Shown here in pieces: positions 1-9,654 of a stretch of DNA of 64,000 nucleotides; within the stretch, counting starts at the first letter, position 1, and each line of letters begins with the position of its first letter. The position numbers were made by a program, and so were the translations under genes. Below the pieces are notes generated by a model. It did no database searches. It was not told where the DNA came from and saw only the letters and a list, made by a program, of their open reading frames with translations. This DNA is from Antedon mediterranea (Eukaryota; Animalia; Echinodermata), in assembly GCF_964355755.1 (NCBI RefSeq), contig NC_092678.1, forward strand, positions 24,445,365-24,509,364, written 5' to 3'.

Positions 1-233
1 TCCCGTTGGCAACAATAACTCTTTTCAAGTTTTTCAACTTCATTGTGTATTTTTTTATTGTTATTAAAAACACTAATCATGTAATGTGTGTTTAACAATA
101 GCACCTATGAATATTGTGAATACTGTTTGGCTAAATGCACTCTCATTTCGATATAGACGATATATATTTTTTTGTAAATGCAGTACTTGTTATTTTCGTA
201 AATTTTCCAACAAAGATGAGGACAACTTACTCT

Positions 234-436
234 GCTCTGTCTCTGTCACTATCAAACTAGTTTGACAAAAAGAGTGTGATGTTCCAAAATATGGTTGCGA
301 TATGCCCAAATATGGTAGTGATAGGGCACATCACATTTTTTGTCACATGACGTTTTTGATAGTGTAGACAGAGCTTACCATATGTGCACATACTAGAATA
401 ATTGGGCACATCACTACCATATTTGGGCACATCACT
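234..436. mobile_element. MITE family A copy plus adjacent fragment
   Basis: Terminal inverted repeat consensus AGCTCTGTCTACACTATCAAA; internal GCCCAAATATGGTAGTGAT repeats. Confidence 0.8.
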
Positions 437-939
437 TTAAAAGGATAATTTTAATTTAGAAAAATAATGTTTCAACAATGTGTAAGTAGATGAAATTGAA
501 TATTGTTTTATATCTGTGGTGCATAATATTGTGAACTTTAACCCCTGACATGTCATTTACTTTTGATGCTTCATAGTATTTAAGGTCATTTGTGAATGTA
601 GACTCATTTTAATGTATTTTCTATATAATATGTGAATAAATATATAAAAAAATATATATTTTTGATCGAGTTTTTTTTTTCTCGAGCTATTTTCGGTATA
701 AAAATCACTGTACTATAACTTTTTAAATGGGCAAATTTCACTATTTAATTTTTTTAAATTGTGTTTTTTGGCTAAAATAAAATCGCTTCACCCAGTGGAA
801 ATTTCGTACCTACCTGGATAACCTTATACATGCCTTTTCCTTTCCGAGTGGAGAACTCCAAATGTAACCGCAACTTACGCACCCCTCCAGCATAGTGGTA
901 TGGCCTGTTTTATACCCGAGTTTATTGCTTTATTTATTT

Positions 940-987
940 AGTTACTGGCAAGTTGCTGGTGGAAGAAGTGTATAGTATTAGGTAAGT
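940..987 (+). other. Probable non-coding first exon and splice donor of the amidase (5' boundary uncertain)
   Basis: Consensus donor AG|GTAAGT at 982; the first coding exon has its own acceptor at 1635, which implies an upstream UTR exon. Confidence 0.45.
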
Positions 988-1647
988 CATATATTCGGTT
1001 GTGTTTTAAATGTATTGTCGATTTTACTAACCGACATATTTAGAAGCTGTGACGTAATCATAGTCCTACGTGAGACAACCAATGGAATTTGATTAACAAT
1101 TGGACTAAAATGGATGAATGGGCACAAGTAAAACAGTTATAACAAATATTTTACGTCGTTCTTTTAAAGGACTATAGTAACTACGGTATGTCGAATTGGG
1201 TTCTCTGATATTATTTGTAATTGTTTGGCCGTATGAGTTTTGTATACTTATCGGGGACGTCCCCGGAAAACTGGGTAATATTACATTCTCCCTTTGGATT
1301 TGGTGGAGGCCGGATTTGACCCGACAAATTTTCGAGGTGGGCACTGGCCCTTAGGACTGTGTAATGAAAAAATCGTATCATTTTTAAGCACCTGGAAAAT
1401 GCTGCTGGCACCGGACAACCACCAAAATTGAATTTCCGTCAGCAGTCAGTCCAAATATGTAATTAGAATGTATAAAGGTCAAACACACTATTAGTATTAA
1501 TAGAACTGCAGATTGTAGACGATAGTATCATCAGCATCTGAATCTGGTTTGCAAATTAACCGATTTTGGCCCTTCAATATTAATGTGTTAATCATTAACT
1601 TTTAAACATTTCAATTGTCTTTTTGAACACTGTAGACGTTTGTAACT

Positions 1648-1687
1648 ATGAATTGTGGTTCGTACGAGACAAAAACTGTTAATGATG
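1648..1687 (+). CDS. Amidase coding exon 1 ([13 protein letters not shown])
   Basis: Acceptor tgtag ends 1635, ATG 1648, donor G|GTAAGT at 1688; phase 1 joins the next exon in frame. Confidence 0.7.
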
Positions 1688-2435
1688 GTAAGTAATCTTC
1701 CATCTCATTTTCATATCAGCTTCACATCCCCTACCACCACCTTCACATCCCCTACCCTCTCACCCCTACCACCACCATCACACCCCTACCACCACCCTCA
1801 CACCCAGACCACCATTTGCTATCCACACCTCTACCCTCTCACCCCTACCACCACCATCACACCCCTACCACCACCCTCACACCCAGACCACCATTTGCTA
1901 TCCACACCTCTACCCTCTCACCCCTACCACCACCATCACACCCTACCACCACCCTCACACCCAGACCACCATTTGCTATCCACACCTCTACCCTCTTACC
2001 CCTACCACCACCATCATACCTCTACCACCACCCTCACACCTAGACCACCATTTGCTATCCACACCTCTACAAAACTGTTGATACTTTTAAAAAATTATTA
2101 AAAACACATTTATTCATTAAGGCATATGGAAATCATGAGGTTTCTTAAAGTTCTAGAATTTTATAGTATACTTTTTCCTGACCAGCATTATCTTTGGGGT
2201 GCCTCTGTCTTGGTTGTTGTCTCTGAGCACCCGGTCGTCTGTGGCAAGGCAAATGTGTTTCCTGTTTCTTTGTTTGGTCACCTAGGTAGGGGTCCGGGAC
2301 CGCGACAGAACGAGAACGGATGGGGACCCGCCAAAGAAATTGCATTTTATTGGTCAGGCATTTGTATGATTTGTTTTTATTTTTTTTTTAATGCGCCTTG
2401 AGCACTCTTGAGTGGTATGTGCGCTATAAAAATCC

Positions 2436-2478
<43 letters not shown>

Positions 2479-5400
2479 CTCTCACCCCTACCACCACCAT
2501 CACACCCCTACCACCACCATCACACCCCTACCACCACCATCACACCCCTACCACCATCACACCCAGACCACCATTTGCTATCCACACCTCTACCCTCACT
2601 CCCCTACCACCACCCTCACACCCAGACCACCATTTGCTATCCACACCTCTACCCTCTCACCCCTACCACCACCCTCTCACCGTACAGCATGTTTTGCTCT
2701 AAAACAATCGTTGTCTTTACACAACTTATTTTCAGATGATCTGTATTGCTCTCGTCCAGTTCAAGTCCCAAGCATAAACAAAGTGGAAGAGTTGAGCAAA
2801 CGTGCTGGCTTTGATCTTACCGACAATGAAGTGAAGGAATACAGAGAGGTGATGAAAGGCATTGTGGAAGGATTCAGCACAGTGGAGAAACTAAATGAAC
2901 CAAGTCTACCAGTCAAGTATCTACGGCTTCCGGGATATAGGCCATCAGAAGAAGAAAACTATTTAAATGCTTGGTAAATAAAGCTCTGTCTACACCATCG
3001 TGTAAATGTGTTGTGCCAATATATGGACACGATGATGTCATATCACTACCATATTTGGGCACATCACATCATTTTTTGTGTCAAACTAGTTTGATAGTGT
3101 AGACAGAGCTTGAAGCTTGGTTCCCACTAGGACGCAAGTAATTGACCAATCACAAGCAACAATGAATTATCAGTAGCTTCTCATTGGTCAACGCACGTGC
3201 GTTGCGCTTCTTACGTTCTTGTTTTGTGTCAAAATGTGAAGCGTTGGGTTTTTATTGGTCCAATATTAAAAATAAAATTCAATGGTAAGGCCTGACCCAA
3301 TGGACTATATCCAAGTTATGTCCGGATACAATGTGAATCACGTTTTAGTTTTATAAAGAAATGATTAAATGTTTCCATAGGTCATGGAGAACAGAGATCC
3401 AAGGAGCAATAGAGGGTCCTCTACACGGAAAGAGATTGGCTATAAAAGATAATGTAGCGGTGTATGGTGTTCCTATGACGGCAGGATCGTGGACTTTGCA
3501 GGGGTACATGCCAGAGTTCGACGCCACGGTGGTGACACGAATACTTGATGCTGGTAAGGTTATTGCTCTTTTAAAATTTATTACAAAAGAAATCAAAATA
3601 TATTTATAGATACAAAGAAGTAAATAACAAAAAGAAAACGCACGTGCTTAATCCTGTCGCACAAAAACAAAATTACTAGAGTGGAACGGAACCAAACTGG
3701 AATTGGTTGGAAGATGCAATGCAATATTGTTAACCAATACTATGAGACTGACCGTGTGAAAACACCCTTCAAATTGTAGTACATGAACTCCTCAAAATAA
3801 AATTCTTAGTATTGTTGAAATACTACGATACTTAATTTAGTAAATTAGTAAACATTATTTGTGTCAATGTAGTAATTATGTACTGCACCTTTTATGCATT
3901 ATATACAGTATCTGTATATTTCTTCAATGTTTTTTAAAAACGAATCAAGCCAGTTGGAAACGAAATAGTACCGGTGTAACACGTGTAGTCTCACAAATAT
4001 AATAATGTTATCAGCTTATGTGAATTTATATAATGATAATGATATACTTTTGATCGTTTTAAGGTGGAGTTATCAAAGGAAAGGCAAACTGTGATGACCT
4101 TTGTAGAGGTTGCACTGGTTACCTTGCCGCCAAAGGGCCGGTACTGAATCCTCACAACAATGAATATATAGCCGGTGGTTCAAGTGCTGGTAGTGCAGTA
4201 TTAGTTAGTAGACATATTGCAGTGACGGATTTAGGAAGTGACGCAATCGGGGACGCAACTTCCACGCGGCGGCGCGACAATATAATAATTTTATCTACAC
4301 ACTAGTCAAATTCTCAATTCTTCATTTTTACTACAGCATCTCAATGTAGATAGGTCTATAAATAAAGTGGAAATTCCTTCATAAGAGCTTATTATTATTT
4401 TCTTGCCACCCTGTGCAAACATTCTTGGATCCGGCATTGCAATAAAAATACCGTCGTATATTTACAAAATATACAAATCCAAATATTAATGTATTATATT
4501 TATACTTATGTTCATATATTATATTCAGGTATATTTATTGTCTATAAAAAAGACGAGTGAATGATACAAATAGATAAAAGGCTGAAACCGTAACAGTAAA
4601 TATATGCAAACATGTATAAAATGTATAGAAAATAACAAATAAAAATGCTAAACGACATTAACATAAAACTAGGCAGTTAAGGACGTGAACAAAATGAATT
4701 ACTTTCAAGATAACTTATGTAAATAAAGTCTTGATAATTCAAGAAACCTATTGATTCGTTAAAATATTATTTGAAAGTGTTTTTCAATAATTTATGATTT
4801 TAATTATTTAATTGGGTTTTAGGTTGCAACTGGTGAAGTTGACATGGCCATAGGATGTGACCAGGGTGGTTCTATCCGGTACCCTGCAAGCTGCTGTGGT
4901 ATCGTAGGTCTTAAACCAAGCTATGGTCTTGTACCATATACTGGAGTGCAATGTTCAGAACCATCACTTGACCACCTAGGACCAATGGCAGGCAACGTCT
5001 ATGACTGTGCTTTACTCCTAGAAGTGAGGAGGATCATGTTATCATTTAAAAAACAATCATATTAATTCACGAATAGCAATAATGTTCGCACTTATACAAC
5101 TGTCAACACTATCAAACTTTATGTGACAAAAAAAATGTGATGTGCCCATATATGGATGGATGATGTCATATTACTACCATGTTTGGGCACATCACCACCA
5201 TATTTGCACACGACAACAATGCTTTCTCTTCCTTAGGTGATTGCAGGTTATGACAATGGACTTGACGCTCGCCAACCTACAAACATTTCAAAAGTAAAAT
5301 ACACTGCAGCGGTATGTTGTTTAAAATCGTTGTTTTTTATTGTTTAACAGTATGTAATTAATGTAATTACTCTCTTAAATCATGTTGTTTTAAGATAATA

Positions 5401-8291
5401 CCTTATTTTATAATAATGTATCGATTATCTCCAATATAATTATGTTTACAATGTTGGTCTGATCAAGGCAATTTAATAACAAGACACTAAGCTTGTCTGG
5501 CTAAGATAGAAACGTTTAATAGTCCTTTGATCTTACGTCTGGCTGCGAAAAATATGCCTACCAACAGTACTCTTTGCACATATCGTGTAGAACCTGATCG
5601 TGTCACAGCCACAAATAAACCGTTTGCTCTCCGGAGCTCAGAATCCTGTTGTTGGTTTGATTTCTCAAGTATTTTAGTTAGATTCAACAGATTTGAGTAG
5701 TTACAAGATTGGAATACTGAAAGAGGGATTCGAACACAGCAATTCTGATGCCAGAGTGAACAAACTTATTCGAGAATCTGTGGGAAAATTCAAGCAAGTT
5801 GGCGCCGAACTTGAGACGGTCACGGTACCAATGCATAAACACGGTAGGCCTACAAACATTGCATTTGCGCTACAAATACAAGTTTTACAACGGTTTCAAA
5901 GTTGTTCTGATTTGAATGACTTGACTCTACCGGAGTCTCTCTTTTTTTCTCGAAATCTCGTCCCATCCACCAATCACATCGATCTATCGTTCTTTCGTTC
6001 GTTCGTTTTTCATTCATTCACTTATATTCGTTCGTTCGTTCGTTTGATCGTTCGTTGTTCGTTCGTTCTTTCTTTCGTTCGATCGTTCGTTCGTTCTTTC
6101 GTTCGTTCGTTCGTTCGTTCGTTCGTTTGATCGTTCGTTCGTTCTTTCTTTCGTTTGATCGATTGTTCGTTCGTTCGTTTTTTCGTTCGTTTGTTCATTG
6201 ATTCGTTCGTCCGTCCGTCCGTTCGTTCATTTTAATCTCACCCTATCCCCATCCGTCATTATTCAGTATTACCGTAACGTATAAACCAACATTTTTTTTA
6301 GAAAGTTCTTTACATTTGTCTTTATTGATTTTATTGATTTCAGGAATAGTACTTGAAACTTGTATTACATTTACTGGAGAATATGATACAGTAATTAAAG
6401 GTGGAGGTAAGCAGAAAGATATTGTTATGTATAATATGTTACAGATATTATAAGCCTATCGCCAATAATTTATAAACATTCTTTATAGAAAAACGTATAA
6501 AATGACATCTCTGTGTTTGATTGCCATGACCTGGGCTGCTGATTGTTTTGCCGTTTTTCTTTCAAATAGGTAACGGAAGTGGACGTAGAGGATTTTACTC
6601 TACAAGCATGACGGATGCTGTGAGTAGAGGCATCAAGGCGCACTCTAATGACCTGCAACCAAATTTGAAGGTGTGGATTTACTAGCAAAAAACAACAAGA
6701 AACTTTATGAACTAAAGCTCTGTCTATATCTAAAAAAAAGTGTGATGACGAAATATGGTAGTGATATGCCCAAATATAGTAGTGATATGGCATTGTACAT
6801 ATAGCACATCACATTTTTGTCACATAAAACTTTGATAGTGAAGACAGAGCTTTAGTCTATAAGGGCCTACATAAAACGCGGGGTTTTCATTAAGTGAGTT
6901 TATGGTTAATAGCCTATTGCTCCACGGAAACCGTTTTCCCCCTTTTTACAGCACCCGTTTCTGTTGAAAATACATTATTTTCAACAGAATTATCTCTTTA
7001 CTTAAACAAAACTCTTTTAAATATGTGTAGCTTGCCTGGATGCTTGCTGATTATATGAAAAACGAATATAATGGCAGATATTACGGAAAGGCGCAGAATC
7101 TGGTACGAGCTCTTGCTGCTGAGTTCGATAAAGTCTTTAAAGATGTTGACGTCATAGCAATGCCAACCATACCGTTTCCTCCAAAAAAGATCCCCAAGAA
7201 AGGCTTGTCAGTTAAAGGTACAGTCACCGTTTATAGTCTCCTCGTTAGTTAAAGGTACAGTCACCGTTTATAGTCTCCTCGTTAGTTAAAGGTATAGTTA
7301 CCGTTTGTCTCCTCGTCATTTAAAGGGACAGTTACCGTTTAGTCTCCTCGTCAGTTAAAGGTACAGTTACCGTTTAGTCTCCTCGTCAGTTAAAGGTACA
7401 GTTACCATTTAGTCTCCTCGTCAGTTAAAGGTACAGTTACCGTTTAGTCTCCTCGTCAGTTAAAGGGACAGTTACCGTTTAGTCTCCTCGTCAGTTAAAG
7501 GTACAGTTACCGTTTAGTCTCCTCGTCAGTTAAAGGTACAGTTACCATTTAGTCTCCTCGTCAGTTAAAGGTACAGTTACCGTTTAGTCTCCTCGTCAGT
7601 TAAAGGTACAGTTACCGTTTAGTCTCCTCGTCAGTTAAAGGTACAGTTACCGTTTAGTCTCCTCGTCAGTTAAAGGTACAGTTACCTTTTGTCTCCTCGT
7701 CTGTTAAAAGTACAGTTACCGTTTAGTCTCCTAGAAATCGTCAGAAAAGTTACACTTTGACTATCCTCGGGTATATAATGTTATACAGTACCAGGGGAAG
7801 ACTAAAACTCTTTCTCGGTTATACTATTTGTTAATAATACTTACGGTGCTCTACTACATGGAAAGGGAAGTAGACCGTTCTCTCTAGACTAGGCTGTAGG
7901 GTGGGAACGCCAAAGATATATGGAAAATGATTTATTTCAACTTGCTAATAATCAATAGGAAACAATATAGTCAATGTCTTTATTTTCTTTTGGTATTGAT
8001 AATGTGAATAATAATGGGTGAAATGAAAAAAAAAATTGTTTGCACCAAAAAAATTATAGTTACAGTGTCATTCTTATTCTTATTTTTCTCTTCTTTTTTT
8101 CAGATTGCATTGAACTAGTATCAGGTTTGGGTAGCAACGCCAGGTCATTCAGTCTAACTGGTCATCCAGCATTATCTATCAACGCTGGGTTTATAGACGG
8201 ACTACCGATTGGAATGATGTTAGTGGCTAAAATGTTTGACGAGAAGACACTGTTTAAAGTGGCCTACGCTTTTGAAAAACTTAATGAATAA
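1648..8291 (+). CDS. Amidase-signature (AS) family amidase, CX3C subgroup-like; 11 coding exons, about 523 aa
   Basis: Exons 1648-1687, 2736-2973, 3381-3553, 4064-4203, 4823-5023, 5237-5311, 5678-5843, 6344-6406, 6570-6670, 7031-7217, 8104-8291. All introns are GT-AG, phases are consistent, total 1572 nt. Motifs: LAIKDN (catalytic Lys), GGSSAGS (cis-Ser), [31 protein letters not shown] (nucleophile Ser), [24 protein letters not shown]. Confidence 0.93.
1720..2070. repeat. C-rich compound minisatellite (ACC-rich, about 75-bp higher-order unit)
   Basis: CCCTACCACCACC...CCCAGACCACCATTTGCTATCCACACCTCTA repeated. Confidence 0.9.
2393..2475 (+). mobile_element. L2-clade LINE/SINE 3' tail with (TAT)n
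   Basis: GCGCCTTGAGCAC...GCGCTATAAAAATCCTG(TTA)n; similar tails at about 17695-17770 and 20280-20340. Confidence 0.55.
2476..2680. repeat. Second block of the same C-rich minisatellite
   Basis: Same unit as 1720-2070. Confidence 0.9.
2736..2973 (+). CDS. Amidase coding exon 2
   Basis: ttttcag acceptor; [13 protein letters not shown]...EENYLNAW; donor GTAAAT at 2974. Confidence 0.88.
2982..3110. mobile_element. MITE family A copy
   Basis: AGCTCTGTCTACAC...GTGTAGACAGAGCT, starting 8 nt after the first base of a splice donor. Confidence 0.85.
3114..3220. mobile_element. MITE family B partial copy
   Basis: AGCTTGGTTCCCACTAG end and internal TTGACCAATCACA...CATTGGTCAA palindrome, shared with 10435-10549. 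Confidence 0.6.
3381..3553 (+). CDS. Amidase coding exon 3 (catalytic Lys)
   Basis: [25 protein letters not shown]...[12 protein letters not shown]; ccatag / GTAAGG. Confidence 0.93.
4064..4203 (+). CDS. Amidase coding exon 4 (CX3C and GGSS)
   Basis: [46 protein letters not shown]; ttttaag / GTTAGT. Confidence 0.93.
4823..5023 (+). CDS. Amidase coding exon 5 (nucleophile Ser)
   Basis: [35 protein letters not shown]...DCALLLE; ttttag / GTGAGG. Confidence 0.95.
5100..5210. mobile_element. MITE family A partial copy
   Basis: CTGTCAACACTATCAAAC...GTGATGTGCCCATATATGG...GGGCACATCAC. Confidence 0.75.
5237..5311 (+). CDS. Amidase coding exon 6
   Basis: [25 protein letters not shown]; ccttag / GTATGT. 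Confidence 0.9.
5678..5843 (+). CDS. Amidase coding exon 7
   Basis: [20 protein letters not shown]...VTVPMHKH; attttag / GTAGGC. Confidence 0.88.
5985..6230. repeat. (TTCG)n microsatellite, degenerate
   Basis: Runs of TTCGTTCG. Confidence 0.9.
6344..6406 (+). CDS. Amidase coding exon 8
   Basis: [21 protein letters not shown]; tttcag / GTAAGC; phase 1-1. Confidence 0.82.
6570..6670 (+). CDS. Amidase coding exon 9
   Basis: [34 protein letters not shown]; caaatag / GTGTGG. Confidence 0.85.
6716..6851. mobile_element. MITE family A copy
   Basis: Both inverted ends present; flanks TAA / TTA. Confidence 0.85.
7031..7217 (+). CDS. Amidase coding exon 10
   Basis: [24 protein letters not shown]...[12 protein letters not shown]...GLSVK; tgtag / GTACAG. 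Confidence 0.9.
7207..7731 (+). repeat. 35-bp minisatellite, 15 copies, spanning the amidase exon 10 donor
   Basis: Unit GTCAGTTAAAG|GTACAGTTACCGTTTAGTCTCCTC. Confidence 0.95.
8104..8291 (+). CDS. Amidase coding exon 11 (terminal)
   Basis: Long pyrimidine tract + cag; [51 protein letters not shown]. Confidence 0.93.
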
Positions 8292-8383
8292 TCTCCTCTC
8301 GAAGTGCAGCAGGTTTAAGTTTAAAAAAAGAAAGAAAAAGAAAATCATAGTAAACACACGATATACCGAGCCTATATAGATTA

Positions 8384-8542
8384 AATAAATGCGTGTATAT
8401 TATATAACCATTTTCGATATCCTTCAGACAATAAAAGAATTCTGATATAAAATTGCATTTGTGTCTAAGTATAAACATTTTGGTAAATATTAAATACAAC
8501 TAACATTGTGTTCCACTATTAAAATGTATCTTATAAAATAAA
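8384..8542 (+). terminator. Candidate polyadenylation signals of the amidase
   Basis: AATAAA at 8384, 8430 and 8537, downstream of the stop at 8291. Confidence 0.5.
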
Positions 8543-8559
8543 AAATGTTTTAAAAAGTA

Positions 8560-8718
8560 TTTTGTCTATAGAGGGGGAGATGTTATTTTTTTCTTTAGTA
8601 ACATTTTGACTATAGAGGGCGAATGTTATTTTTGACTGACTGGCGCGAAGTTTATGTTTTTTTTTAATTTTGAGTTATTTTATTAGTAAAACTATACAAT
8701 TATTTGAAAAAAGTAAGT
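8560..8718 (+). promoter_or_regulatory. MCM10 promoter and 5' UTR exon: E2F-type site, CHR-like hexamer, splice donor
   Basis: TGGCGCGAA at 8641-8649 (reverse TTCGCGCCA, E2F consensus-like); TTTGAA at 8703; donor AA|GTAAGT at 8713; duplicated CTATAGAGGG(G/C)G..ATGTTATTTTT motif at about 8566 and 8610. Confidence 0.6.
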
Positions 8719-8746
8719 ATATATTGTAAATATTTATTGATATACT

Positions 8747-9135
8747 AGACCTAGTAGGCTTATACCTAGGCTATATAAGATTAAGAAAGAGCCTCCCGCC
8801 TAGGCCTAGTAGGGCCTAGCGGCCCTACTAGGCTAGGGCCTAGTTAGCTCAGCCTAGCCTAGTTAGGCTAGCTAGCTAGGCTAGGCCTCTACCAGGCCTA
8901 GGAGGCCTAGATAGGCCCTAGCTAGGCCTAGGCCTAGACTAGAGCCTAGGCCTAGATAGGCTATCTAGGCTAAGGGGCCTCTAGAGGCCTAGGGCTAGCT
9001 ACTATTCTATCCACTAGGCCTACTACAGTACTACTAAGTCTATACTATTACTACTAGGAAGGAGTACTACTAGCCTACTAACTCGCCTAGCCTCTAGCTA
9101 GCTAGGGCCTAGTTCTAGAATCTAGGTCTAGCCAG
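8747..9135. repeat. Cryptic TAGGCCTA / CTAG palindrome-rich tract in MCM10 5' UTR intron
   Basis: Dozens of TAGGCCTA, CTAG, TAGCTA and TAGGC words without a fixed period. Confidence 0.85.
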
Positions 9136-9407
9136 CACTACTGTACTTTCGCAGCTAACTGTGCATAAGACCACTGCGCTATATAAGACTTCAAGGTCAC
9201 TCACCATTACCAATTACCACATCTCGCAGCAGGTGAATGTTTTTAAATTAGGTAAGCTCGAGAGATTGATTGAGGTACGTGCGTGAGAAATCGACGATTA
9301 TAATGGAATGGTGTGACGGTGAGTGCAGAAACTCATTACATTTATTATAATATTCATGTACCTTGCTAGACCTGGTGGTGAATTCATTTCTCTTTTTTTT
9401 AAGGACG

Positions 9408-9654
9408 ATGGGTGATGAGTATGATGACTACGATGATCTGGATGTTCTAACGTCGCTGTTAGGGGATGACGATGGAGATGCAAACCCTTATGATGTCAAA
9501 CCAGATGTTACCAAGTTTAAATACAAGAAATCAGACATTTATAAAAATGGAGAAACTAACTTAAGTTTGATTGAAAAAAGCAAACATGATGGAGGAGTAA
9601 AAAAAAGGAGCAGTGGTAGCAGTGATGAAGATAAATCAAAGCATGAATTACTTG
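9408..9654 (+). CDS. MCM10: MCM10 coding exon 1
   Basis: Acceptor ttttaag ends 9403, ATG 9408; MGDEYDDYDDLDVLTSLL...; donor GTAACT. Confidence 0.85.

Noticed and set aside
1655-2735. Pro/His/Thr-rich ORFs
   Set aside because: Come from the C-rich minisatellite inside an amidase intron.
4220-4439. Possible hAT-type MITE (CAGTGACGGATTTAG...TTGGATCCGGCATTG)
   Set aside because: Ends are imperfect, there is no 8-bp target duplication, and it is a single copy in the window.
1648-8291. Bacterial contamination or recent horizontal transfer of the amidase
   Set aside because: Ten spliceosomal introns in the CDS filled with host repeats, and direct linkage to MCM10.
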